Origin: a virus
Taxonomy: Duplodnaviria; Caudoviricetes
Virus record (IMG/VR): IMGVR_UViG_3300042318_000332
Coordinates: 1 to 32,486 of that record
Direction: 5' to 3' (one strand)
Length of the DNA: 32,486 nt
The notes under the pieces are model-generated. The model was not told the origin of the DNA, made no database searches, and saw only the letters and a program-made list of their open reading frames with translations. Below, one piece after another: positions 23,206-32,486 of the stretch. A program made the translations under genes and the position numbers. Numbering within the stretch: position 1 is the stretch's first letter; each line of letters opens with the position of its first letter.

Positions 23206-26200
23206 TGGCTGATAATCTAAAAGCAGCCGCATATGCTGCTGGTTTAACGCCAGAGCAAAAACGTCAAATTGATATTCTTTCTAAAAAGGTAAGCAAAGAT
23301 AAAGAACTTAGCAGCCTTCCAACTGATATAGCGCAAAAGTCTTTTGACAAGATGCCACTAGATCAACAAGAAGATCAGATTAAAACTTTTGGCGAACAAG
23401 ATCTTGTTCAAAAGCCAAAACAAGGTTGGCGCTCAGCAGCTTTTAAGTACAATCCATTAACCTTAGCGTTTAAGGGTCTTATTGAAGTTGCTGATGCAAC
23501 CACTCGCACCTATCGTGCTCTTGCTATTCCGCTATCACAAGGCGACATTGGCTTTGCTTGGGATAAAGCAAACGATAAAGGCGACAAGGTTTACAACGAA
23601 GGCCGTATTGAAAAGGCGAAGGGCCTTTATGGTCAAGATGCAGTAGATATTGCTATGCGTATCAAGTCTGGTGAAAGTTTTGCTGATATTACAGCAAGTG
23701 CTACACCTGAGCAGATGAAATACATTGCCCTTGCTGATCCACAAAATAAAACTATTGCTGGCGTAATAGATGTAGAAAAAGAACGAGCATTATTTAATGA
23801 AACCCTTGGGGTTGTAGATAAGGCTAAGTTCTCACCAGGTCGCCAGATTGCTAACCTTATTCTACCTGAAGCACTTGAGAAGAATAAACTAGCTTACTCT
23901 CTTACCTCTGGTACTGTAGACACATTATTTAGATTTTTTGTAGATCCACTTGTTGTATCTTCCAAGATTCGTTCAATGTATGTAGTCGGTAAGTACTCAC
24001 TTGAGGCAGTTACAGGTGGCAAGAAAGTTGCAGAAACTTTTGCCAACCCAAAGGTAGCCTCATTCTGGGATACATACGGAGCGACATTAGATCGCTACAC
24101 CAAGGCACAGAGTCGTTCTCCTAAAGAGGCAGCAGCAATCAAGCGTGAGCTTGAGATCCTTGCACCTGAGTATGGCACAGAAGTTATCCGTTCTTTCCAA
24201 AAGAACCAGATAACTAATGCAGCCTCAGCAAAAGCATTCTTTGAGAACACAGAAGAAGCAGTTGCAGTCCTAGCAGGATCAGTAGGACGCAAGCGAGTTA
24301 TTATTCCACGCCTTGATGCAGCACGTCAGTTGCGTGTCAAAGTTATGACCGAAGCAGATAAAGTAATTAACATAGATAAAAACACACCTAGCTTCATTGC
24401 AAGTATGTTCGGAGATTTGCCAACAACAGATGGTGTCTCCAAGGCACTCATTGATGGGCAAGAGCAGATTGTTAATTTGGTTAAGGGTTCTGGAACTAAG
24501 TCAACCCTACGATTTTCTAGCGAATCACTAAGCCTTCGCCTGGATAAATTTAAGGCTAAGTTTAATATCGCTCCTATGTTCAAGAATGACCGATTTGATG
24601 TAACTGCAAAAGATGCTTCGCTACAAGTCTATCGTCTAGCACGAGTTGTATTTACCAAAGAAGATGCCAAGATGATTGGTGAAACATTTGAAGCGATTAC
24701 AGATATTGGTAAACGTAAAGAAATGTTTGCTGGACTATGGGGAAACATTGCCGAAATTCGTGGGTTAAACCTTACAGAAGCAGGTCAAAAACTTAATCTT
24801 CTTGCAACAGGAAAAACCAGTAAAAGGTTTGGTCTTGATGAAACAGGTGACTCAAGCATCGGAGCAATTGCCTCTGACTTTGATACAAGTATGGCAGCAC
24901 CTAGTCTGGTAGATATTGATCGTGCAGCATTCCGTTCTGGTTGGATCAACAAAGCATTAGGCACCGCCAACAAAGAGTGGGTTGATAAGATGACCGGATA
25001 CTGGTCATTCCTTACCCTTGCTGGTCCACGTTATGTTATTCGTAACGCTACAGAAGACCTTATGGTTCACCTTGCTATTGGTGGTTCACCTTGGGGACTA
25101 GCAAAAGGTCGTTATCTTTCAACACGTGTTAATACAGCCTTTGAAGCAGCGCGAAAGTCTAGTAACTTTACAGAAAGTCCACTGGGAAGTCTAATGCGCT
25201 ACCTTAATAAAAAAGAATCAGCCAAGTATGAGGCACAGATTGCTAAAATTGATACAGATATCTTAGAAGCACGCAAGTTAATGGATGTAAAAACCAAAGA
25301 ACTTAGTGCAGCAGTAGATGAAGTTGACAAGATACGCATCAGAGGTGAGATTGATGGGCTAAAAGCCGCATCTTCTCGCAATGTTGTAGAAGAAACACGC
25401 CGCATTATGGCTACTGCCTTTACATCTGGACGAATAAATCGCTACAGAGAGTATATTGGTCGTGGGCCAATGTTCGAAGATGAAGCAGAGATACTTGCAG
25501 AGCATTTAATCTATGGAAATCTTGATAACTCAGTATCTTTAGTTACTGAAAGTGCAATGAACTTTGCTTCATCAGGTGCTGACTACATTACAAGTGCTAT
25601 TTCATTTGCTAAGTCAAACGGTGTTCGTAACGAAAAACTTATCATTGAAGACCCTAGAGCAAAAAAGTATGCAAAGTCAAGAAACTTTACAAAAATTCCT
25701 ATTGGTCCTGAGAATGAGAAGTCAATGCTTAGCTGGCTTCAGCGTATCAGCTACTACGCCAATGATGAAGTAGGCGCTATTGCTGTAGCAAACCTTGGTA
25801 ATAAGGATGTTGCTATTCGTGAACTTCTTGAGTATATGGATAACAACCCAGAGTTCCGCAAGTTGGCACAGCTAGAAGCCCGTGGAAAAACAGATGCTGA
25901 GCACGCTAACATTATCTACACACGAGCACGTGAAATCTTTGAAACAAAGCGTATTGACAAAAACGGTGAAAAAGAACTTAACTTAGAGTTACTAAATAAG
26001 ATTCGATTTAGAAATGAACAGACTGGCAAGATGGGCATATCTGGTCAACTAGGTATGGATGATCTACCAAAGTTTATGGATGATGTACCTGAGTATGCAG
26101 TTGGACCTGAATTGGTACCAATAGCAGAGGCTGGCAATAACGCAGCATCTCTTATGACACACGGTTGGACGTGGCTTGGTATGGCTAACGGACGTATATC

Positions 26201-28004
26201 ACGTGAGCCTATGGTGTTTAACGAGATCATTGCTATCCGTAAGTCTATGAAGAAGTCTGGTATGGAAGCCGCTTACATTGAATCAGTAGTAAGCAAGGTA
26301 GATCCTACAGATGCTAAAAAAGTATTAGAAGCAACAGAACGCGCTAAGCGTCAGTTTGCTGAGATTGTAGAAGAACGTGCGGTATCTCAGATACTTCAGT
26401 ATGTGGATAATCCACTTGTACGTACACAGCTAGCATTTGGGGTACGTAACTTTTCTCGATTCTATCGTGCAACAGAAGACTTCTATCGCCGTGCATATCG
26501 TATGGTTCGATACAACCCTGCTTCTATTCGTAAGGCAGCATTAACATTTGACGGTATTAGCCACAACGGTTTCATCCAAGAGGATGACCAAGGCGAAAAG
26601 TACTTTGTATATCCACATTTAGAACCAGCCTATAGAGCAGTTCAAACTGCAATGGCAGCACTTGGCGTACCTGCTGAGTTTAAGGTACCAATGCCTATCC
26701 AATTTGGATCACAGGTAAAGATGCTTACGCCATCTTTGAACCAAGACTCAATTATTCCTACATTTAACGGTCCACTAGCAGGCGTATCTATTAAGACCCT
26801 GACTAACCTAGTAGACCTATTTGGTGCGCCAGGGGCAGCAGATACTATTACTGAATACGCATTGGGTAAGTACGCTGTAGATCAATCATTTGTATCTTCA
26901 TTCTTGCCAGCACACATCAATCGTTTATACGAAGCAATGGATAAAGATGAGCGTGACTCACAGTATGCCAGCGCTTGGCGCAAGGCAGTAACTTATCTTG
27001 AGGCAGCAGGTTACGGACTTAAGACAACTGAAGATGAGTTTGGAAATGTAATTCCCCCATCAATTCAGGAACAGGAAGAGTATCGTCAGCGTATTAAGAA
27101 CACTACGCTTTCTATTGTCGGCACACGCTTTGCGCTTGGATTCTTCTTGCCAGCAACACCACAGGTCCAGCTTAAGGCTGATATGGCTCAGTGGATTAGC
27201 GACAACGGTAACGCTAACTTCAAGCAGGCTTGGAATAAACTCCTAGATAAGTACCCTGGAGATTACGATACTGCTATGGCTAAATGGGTAGAACTATTCC
27301 CTAACCAGATACCTTTTACAGTCACTGAATCTGAAAGAAAAACAGTTGCTGTTATTAGATACGCAGAAGAAGCAGGCGAGTTCGTAGAAAAGAACGGCGA
27401 TCTATTCAGCAAGTATCCACAAGGTGCAGCATTTCTTATTCCTCACAAGTCAGGTTTCTCTTGGGATTCCTATACAACTATGAAGAATATGGGTCTAAAG
27501 TACAACAAGCGTGTAGATGACTTCCTCAAAGATATCCAAACAGCAGCAGACCTTCAAAAGTACTACTCAAAGAAAAACGAATATGAAGTCCAGCTAGAAG
27601 AAAGCATCACAGATGTTGAGCGGTCTATTGCTCGTACAGAGTTTCAGGAATGGTCTAAGGTCTTTAAGGCTGGTCGTCCGTTAGTTCAAGAAGAACTAGC
27701 AGAAGGTGGCAAGAAAGCAGTTGCACGTATTAACGCTATCAATGATCTACGTAATATGATTAACGACCCAAATGTCAAAGTTCGTGGACCACTACAAAAG
27801 CAACTCAAAGATATGCTTGATCTGTATGACTCATATAAGACAGATAAAGAAATCTTTTCAGAAATACCAGGTGGAACAAAAGTATCTTCCTTCCTTAAAG
27901 AAGAAACAATTATCAGGATGCGTGAACTTTCACGTTCAAATGAAAACACTATAAGCGCATATAACACATTATTTGCATCATTATTAGGAGATACAAGTGG
28001 CTAA
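23205..28004 (+). CDS. large internal virion/ejection protein
   Basis: 1599 aa, helical, between portal and scaffold; no enzymatic motif recognised. Confidence 0.6.
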   Translation: MADNLKAAAYAAGLTPEQKRQIDILSKKVSKDKELSSLPTDIAQKSFDKMPLDQQEDQIKTFGEQDLVQKPKQGWRSAAFKYNPLTLAFKGLIEVADATTRTYRALAIPLSQGDIGFAWDKANDKGDKVYNEGRIEKAKGLYGQDAVDIAMRIKSGESFADITASATPEQMKYIALADPQNKTIAGVIDVEKERALFNETLGVVDKAKFSPGRQIANLILPEALEKNKLAYSLTSGTVDTLFRFFVDPLVVSSKIRSMYVVGKYSLEAVTGGKKVAETFANPKVASFWDTYGATLDRYTKAQSRSPKEAAAIKRELEILAPEYGTEVIRSFQKNQITNAASAKAFFENTEEAVAVLAGSVGRKRVIIPRLDAARQLRVKVMTEADKVINIDKNTPSFIASMFGDLPTTDGVSKALIDGQEQIVNLVKGSGTKSTLRFSSESLSLRLDKFKAKFNIAPMFKNDRFDVTAKDASLQVYRLARVVFTKEDAKMIGETFEAITDIGKRKEMFAGLWGNIAEIRGLNLTEAGQKLNLLATGKTSKRFGLDETGDSSIGAIASDFDTSMAAPSLVDIDRAAFRSGWINKALGTANKEWVDKMTGYWSFLTLAGPRYVIRNATEDLMVHLAIGGSPWGLAKGRYLSTRVNTAFEAARKSSNFTESPLGSLMRYLNKKESAKYEAQIAKIDTDILEARKLMDVKTKELSAAVDEVDKIRIRGEIDGLKAASSRNVVEETRRIMATAFTSGRINRYREYIGRGPMFEDEAEILAEHLIYGNLDNSVSLVTESAMNFASSGADYITSAISFAKSNGVRNEKLIIEDPRAKKYAKSRNFTKIPIGPENEKSMLSWLQRISYYANDEVGAIAVANLGNKDVAIRELLEYMDNNPEFRKLAQLEARGKTDAEHANIIYTRAREIFETKRIDKNGEKELNLELLNKIRFRNEQTGKMGISGQLGMDDLPKFMDDVPEYAVGPELVPIAEAGNNAASLMTHGWTWLGMANGRISREPMVFNEIIAIRKSMKKSGMEAAYIESVVSKVDPTDAKKVLEATERAKRQFAEIVEERAVSQILQYVDNPLVRTQLAFGVRNFSRFYRATEDFYRRAYRMVRYNPASIRKAALTFDGISHNGFIQEDDQGEKYFVYPHLEPAYRAVQTAMAALGVPAEFKVPMPIQFGSQVKMLTPSLNQDSIIPTFNGPLAGVSIKTLTNLVDLFGAPGAADTITEYALGKYAVDQSFVSSFLPAHINRLYEAMDKDERDSQYASAWRKAVTYLEAAGYGLKTTEDEFGNVIPPSIQEQEEYRQRIKNTTLSIVGTRFALGFFLPATPQVQLKADMAQWISDNGNANFKQAWNKLLDKYPGDYDTAMAKWVELFPNQIPFTVTESERKTVAVIRYAEEAGEFVEKNGDLFSKYPQGAAFLIPHKSGFSWDSYTTMKNMGLKYNKRVDDFLKDIQTAADLQKYYSKKNEYEVQLEESITDVERSIARTEFQEWSKVFKAGRPLVQEELAEGGKKAVARINAINDLRNMINDPNVKVRGPLQKQLKDMLDLYDSYKTDKEIFSEIPGGTKVSSFLKEETIIRMRELSRSNENTISAYNTLFASLLGDTSG

Positions 28005-28590
28005 ACAGGACACGTCATTTACTGATTTTATCCAAGGCCTTAGTAAGGCAGATCGCGACACAATCGTAAAGATATCGCAACAACTTAAAGATGCTAAGTT
28101 GTATAAGGGTAAGATAACTGGCAAGTTTGATATCAATCTATACAATGCACTTATAGAAGCAAGCCAAGGATATAAAGGCGCAAACCTTTTTGCTGAGAAA
28201 TTTGGTACAACAAAAGTACAACCTCTCGATTACCTTCAACAAATTGGTATGGAAGGTGCTGAAACTGGTACCGGAGAAACTAAAACCACAGCATCTACCT
28301 ATGTAACTAGCCCATCTCAGACAGCTAAGTTGCTAGATACAGTTGCTGAAGATTTACTGGGACGTAAACTTACCAAGGAAGAAAAGAATAAGTACACAAA
28401 ACTTATTAACGCTCAGCAAAAGAATCAGCCATCTGTCACAACCGCTGGCAAGGGCTTCTCAACCACTCGTGGTGGTGTAGATGAACAACAGTTTATTACA
28501 GAGCAAATTGGTGCTACAGCTGAAGCTAAGACCAACCGTGCTACAGATGCTTATTCAGTTATGATGCAAGAACTTGGAGGCCTACAATAA
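27997..28590 (+). CDS. putative internal virion protein
   Basis: 197 aa, coupled within the structural operon. Confidence 0.55.
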   Translation: MAKQDTSFTDFIQGLSKADRDTIVKISQQLKDAKLYKGKITGKFDINLYNALIEASQGYKGANLFAEKFGTTKVQPLDYLQQIGMEGAETGTGETKTTASTYVTSPSQTAKLLDTVAEDLLGRKLTKEEKNKYTKLINAQQKNQPSVTTAGKGFSTTRGGVDEQQFITEQIGATAEAKTNRATDAYSVMMQELGGLQ

Positions 28591-30317
28591 TGGCAGATAC
28601 ATTTAAGCAATGGGCATCTAAGCAAATCCACCGTCCTGGAGACAAGATTACACCGGCTCAAAAAGTAACTGCTGGTTTTATTATTAACAAGTATAAAACT
28701 TGGGGAGAAGTCTACAAGGCTGCTGGTATTGATACACCAAGCATACCTGAAAAGGATCAGATTAAGCCAACGGGTCTTAAATCTAAGACTGTTTTATCTG
28801 AACTTAATCTATCAAAAAGAAGTATCCAATTACTTCAGGATGAGATTAACCGTGAAGAAACAGGAACTCCTGCGTATAAAAAACTAGTAGGAGAATTTAA
28901 CGCGCTGCAGATTAAGATAAGTAATCTTACTACTCAATATGAAGACCTCAATGCTATCGAAAAGAACATAGATAAAGTAGATGCTGCAAAGAAGAAGACT
29001 GGAACACTTAAGTCTCAAATTACATCTCTTGAGGAAGCAAAAAAGCGTACTGCTGATCTAGGTCAAGATACTAAAAGCATTGATTCGCAGATTGATAAAC
29101 TTAAAGGTCAACTTACAGAGACACGTACTGTCATTAAGAAAACAGATACAACCCCTAACTACGTCCCGCCAAAGGTAGACGCTGAAGGTAAAGTAATCAC
29201 ACCAAGGAAACCTGCTGGTGCAACCGCAAGCGGTGCAACAGCAAATGATTCTGATGGTGATGGAATACCAAACTCAATGGATGCAGAACCAAACAAGCCA
29301 AAAGAGTCACCTACACCTGCTCCAACGCCGACTCCTAGAGTACCTGGAACTCCAAAAGAAACTCCTTTAACAGATACACAGCAGCGTGAAGAAGCGTTAA
29401 ACTTAGCAGCAGGACAAGACTTTACATTACCTGAAACTATCTTCAATAACGTGCCTAGCCTTAAAGCAATACTTGAGCGCTATGTAAAAGAAGACTGGAC
29501 ACCAGATAAACTACGCAAGGCTATTCGTGATGATGTCTGGTATCGTCAAAATTCTGGTGCAATTAAACAACGTTATGTACAATTATTTAATTATCGTGAC
29601 CTAGTAAAAACAGGGCAAGCTCAAGGTACGACTCAATATGAGCAAGATATAGTAAAACTTGAGCGTCAAATTGCTGACAAGGCTCGTGCTGTAGGTTCAG
29701 GTATCGCATCAGATCCAGCAGCATTACGCAAGGCTGCAGAGAATATGTACATTACAAATGTAGGTATTGATGATGCAATGACAACAGACTTTATTGCTGC
29801 TGCTATTCGACCAATCGGTTCTACTATCGCTGGTCAACCTACACTTGGATACTCAGGACAAGCTCTTAAGGACTATCAGGAGTTGCAATCAGTTGCTCGT
29901 GCTAATGGATTCAAGATAAGTGACATTGTTCCAGGTGGACAAACAGAGCAGCAAGTACTTCAGGGTATTGCTACTGGAAGAATTGATGCTAACCGTATCG
30001 CTCAAGATGCTAGAAAACTAGCAGCCCAAGGCCGTCCACAGTATGTACGTGACCTTCTAGGTCAAGGCTATAACTTAGATCAGGTGTACTCACCATACCG
30101 TCAAACAATGGCTAATGTGTTAGAACTGAACGCAGATGAAATTGATCTTAACGACCCATCGTTAGGTATAGCAATTAACGACAAAGGCGATATGAATATA
30201 TCTGAGTTTAAGAGAGCATTACGTAAGGATTCTCGTTGGCAGTACACAGATCAAGCCAAAGAAGAAGTATCTAGTATAGCGCTTAAAGTCCTTCGTGACT
30301 TTGGATTCCAGGGGTAG
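28590..30317 (+). CDS. putative internal virion protein with coiled-coil and low-complexity linker
   Basis: 575 aa; coiled-coil, DSDGDGIPN motif, PT-rich linker. Confidence 0.55.
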   Translation: MADTFKQWASKQIHRPGDKITPAQKVTAGFIINKYKTWGEVYKAAGIDTPSIPEKDQIKPTGLKSKTVLSELNLSKRSIQLLQDEINREETGTPAYKKLVGEFNALQIKISNLTTQYEDLNAIEKNIDKVDAAKKKTGTLKSQITSLEEAKKRTADLGQDTKSIDSQIDKLKGQLTETRTVIKKTDTTPNYVPPKVDAEGKVITPRKPAGATASGATANDSDGDGIPNSMDAEPNKPKESPTPAPTPTPRVPGTPKETPLTDTQQREEALNLAAGQDFTLPETIFNNVPSLKAILERYVKEDWTPDKLRKAIRDDVWYRQNSGAIKQRYVQLFNYRDLVKTGQAQGTTQYEQDIVKLERQIADKARAVGSGIASDPAALRKAAENMYITNVGIDDAMTTDFIAAAIRPIGSTIAGQPTLGYSGQALKDYQELQSVARANGFKISDIVPGGQTEQQVLQGIATGRIDANRIAQDARKLAAQGRPQYVRDLLGQGYNLDQVYSPYRQTMANVLELNADEIDLNDPSLGIAINDKGDMNISEFKRALRKDSRWQYTDQAKEEVSSIALKVLRDFGFQG

Positions 30318-30320
30318 AAA

Positions 30321-31490
30321 ATGGCCGATGCAGCAACAGCAGTCAGAAAATTACAATCTGGTCAACCATTAACTGATGATGAAAAGAAAATACTTGGCAT
30401 ATCAGTATCTACTACAGAAACTACTGAAGCACCTGTAGTCTCAACTACTGAAGCGCCGATAGTTCCAACTACTGAAGCACCTGTTCGTAAGAAAGTTATC
30501 TCAACCTTTACTGACCCAGATACTGGTGACATCATTGATGTCTACGACGACAATACAGAAGCTGTACGTAGAAAAGGTACTAAGGCTGCAGATAAAGCAG
30601 CTGATGCTGCAGCAATTCTTGCAGATAAAAAAGCACGTGGTCAATCTGCCTTTGATTTCTTAAAACTTCAAATGACTGGATTGGGTATAGGAGATTTGGT
30701 TTCTCCGTTAGAAGATTTAATTGTAGAAGGAATGTCATCAGATGAGATGACTCTAAGACTAATGAATGACCCAAAGTATAACAAGGCATACAAGACCCGC
30801 TTTGCTGCAAACGATGCTCGTATCGCTGCAGGGCTTAGCGCTTTATCACCTGCAGATTATATTAGACTTGAGGACCAGTACCAAAACGTTATGCGTAACT
30901 ATGGACTACCTGCCTCTTACTACACAAAGGATTCTACAGGCAAGCAGGTAGGATTTGAAAAGTTTATAGCAGGAGATGTATCTGCAACTGAACTAGAAGA
31001 GCGCATTATGACAGCACAAAACCGTGTCATCAATGCTAACCCAGAAGTTGCTGATGCACTTAAGCAGTTCTACCCAGATATTACTAATGGCGATATCTTG
31101 GCGTACACACTAGATCCAACACAGGGACTTGAGGCTATCAAGCGCAAGGTAACTGCAGCTGAGATCGGTGGCGCTGCTATGGCTCAGAAACTAGGTACAT
31201 CAGTATCTCGTGCTGAAGAGTTAGCCAAGTATGGCGTAACCAAAGAAACAGCACAAAGAGGATTTGAAGTAGTAGCCCAGGCTGCACCACGTGGTGGACA
31301 GTTGGCTGCAATCTATGGTCAAGACCCATATACACAGCAAACTTCAGAAACAGAAATCTTTAATCTTGCAGGCTCAGCAGAAGCTGCTAAGAAACGCAAA
31401 AAAATATCAGGATTAGAAGAAGCCACTTTCGGTGGTCAATCTGGTCTAACACAAGGCGCACTATCACGAGATAGAGCTGGCGCTTACTAA
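30321..31490 (+). CDS. putative internal virion protein
   Basis: 389 aa, helical, TTEAP repeats near the N-terminus. Confidence 0.55.
   Translation: MADAATAVRKLQSGQPLTDDEKKILGISVSTTETTEAPVVSTTEAPIVPTTEAPVRKKVISTFTDPDTGDIIDVYDDNTEAVRRKGTKAADKAADAAAILADKKARGQSAFDFLKLQMTGLGIGDLVSPLEDLIVEGMSSDEMTLRLMNDPKYNKAYKTRFAANDARIAAGLSALSPADYIRLEDQYQNVMRNYGLPASYYTKDSTGKQVGFEKFIAGDVSATELEERIMTAQNRVINANPEVADALKQFYPDITNGDILAYTLDPTQGLEAIKRKVTAAEIGGAAMAQKLGTSVSRAEELAKYGVTKETAQRGFEVVAQAAPRGGQLAAIYGQDPYTQQTSETEIFNLAGSAEAAKKRKKISGLEEATFGGQSGLTQGALSRDRAGAY
30420..30485 (+). repeat. three 24-bp tandem repeats encoding TTEAP(V/I)xx
   Basis: ACTACTGAAGC at 30420, 30444 and 30468. Confidence 0.85.
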
Positions 31491-31503
31491 CAAACAAAGC
31501 CTG

Positions 31504-31588
31504 CCATTGGAACGACTGGCCCAATGGAGTGATAACAAGACCAGTAGTAGAAGCCATATGAGAAACCCCAAACTTATATGAGGTCTGC
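31504..31588 (+). ncRNA. candidate pseudoknotted leader RNA of the scaffold/capsid genes
   Basis: CCATTGG/CCAATGG stem; loop ACTGG complementary to downstream CCAGT; second stem CATATGAG/CTTATATG. Confidence 0.55.
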
Positions 31589-31617
31589 GCTAACAACTAA
31601 TAGGGAGAAGGACCACT

Positions 31618-32085
31618 ATGTCCAATTACGACTACGAGGACGACGACTCAGATCTAAATGATTTGGGTAATGATCTCGTCAAACAACTGCGTAAAACAAA
31701 TAAGCAAAAGGAAAAGGAACTAGCCGATCTAAAGGCACAGTTTGAAACCTTATCTAAAGCGCAAAGAGAACGAACAATCAAAGATGCCCTCGAACGTCGC
31801 GGGGTAAATCAGAAAATTGCTGCATTTATCCCACAGGATATAGACCCAACTGAAGAGTCTGTATCTAACTGGTTGACAACCTATGCCGATGTATTCGGAC
31901 TAGAACTTGCTCAACCAAACCAGACGCCTAATGTAGATCCAGCTCAAGCTGCTGCATACCAGAAGATGACCAATACCGTTGACCAAGCTGCAGCACCTGC
32001 ACCTACGGAAGATGTAATGCGTCGTCTAATGAATGCACACAGCAAAGAAGAGCTAGATGAAGTCATTAGGACATCTGGACTCTAA
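31618..32085 (+). CDS. capsid scaffolding protein
   Basis: Acidic N-terminus, coiled-coil, immediately before the capsid gene. Confidence 0.75.
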   Translation: MSNYDYEDDDSDLNDLGNDLVKQLRKTNKQKEKELADLKAQFETLSKAQRERTIKDALERRGVNQKIAAFIPQDIDPTEESVSNWLTTYADVFGLELAQPNQTPNVDPAQAAAYQKMTNTVDQAAAPAPTEDVMRRLMNAHSKEELDEVIRTSGL

Positions 32086-32122
32086 CATCCGATCCTAACA
32101 AAAACGAAAGGAAGGTGAAGAA

Positions 32123-32486
32123 ATGGCAACACCAGCCGGTAGCCCTACCACTGTAACGTCCATCTCCAACCTCGTCCAAACAGCGTACGATCAGTACGTT
32201 CGTATGGCACTTCGCTCCATTCCAGTAATGCGTGCGATTGCTGATGTCAAGCCAAATCAGCAAGCAATGCCAGGATCATCAGTTGTATTCTCAATCTATT
32301 CAGATCTTAGTGCAGCAACAACTACACTAACTGAAACTTCTGATGTATCTTCAATTGCTCTAGGCAACCCATCACAGGTAACTGTGACACTACAGGAATA
32401 CGGTTCAGCCGTAACCACAACAAAGAAGTTAAACCTAACTTCATTCAACGACGTAGATTCAGCACTAGCTGACATCATTGCTTACA
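32123..32486 (+). CDS. major capsid protein (5' part, truncated by window end)
   Basis: MATPAGSPTT...LVQTAYDQYVRMALRS...MPGSSVVF...VTVTLQEYG; N4-gp56-like HK97-fold N-terminus; follows the scaffold gene. Confidence 0.85.
   Translation, partial: MATPAGSPTTVTSISNLVQTAYDQYVRMALRSIPVMRAIADVKPNQQAMPGSSVVFSIYSDLSAATTTLTETSDVSSIALGNPSQVTVTLQEYGSAVTTTKKLNLTSFNDVDSALADIIAY

Noticed and set aside
19538-32478. Numerous 60-107 aa antisense or alternative-frame ORFs within the structural genes
   Set aside because: No RBS or motifs; fully nested in long + strand genes
1-32486. tRNA genes, DNA polymerase, RNA polymerase motifs in the 1599-aa protein
   Set aside because: No cloverleaf or polymerase catalytic motifs recognised by eye; a tRNAscan/HMM run would be needed to exclude them fully

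Overview
Most of the genome of a tailed, probably podovirus-like phage, most likely infecting freshwater Actinobacteria. The host inference rests on WhiB, an FmdB zinc ribbon and actinobacterial-type LexA, DnaA and CRP boxes. The assembly looks circularly permuted: it starts in the tail module and ends inside the major capsid gene. Order: (1) tail genes, including a Pro-Thr-repeat protein next to a GT60-type O-GlcNAc transferase; (2) lysis cassette; (3) rightward replication/regulation operon (proteasome-beta-like protease, Cas4-like nuclease, WhiB, helicase, glycosyltransferase + NDP-sugar epimerase, resolvase, split primase, EndoVII, sigma-like factor); (4) leftward operon of small genes containing a type II hammerhead ribozyme; (5) a ~700-bp non-coding region dense in host transcription-factor sites plus a structured element; (6) terminase, portal, probable internal virion proteins, scaffold and capsid. 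Best leads: the mucin-like protein/GT60 pair, the host-regulator site array, the hammerhead, several candidate structured RNAs and the apparent total absence of CATG. All family assignments come from motif recognition by eye, not database searches.
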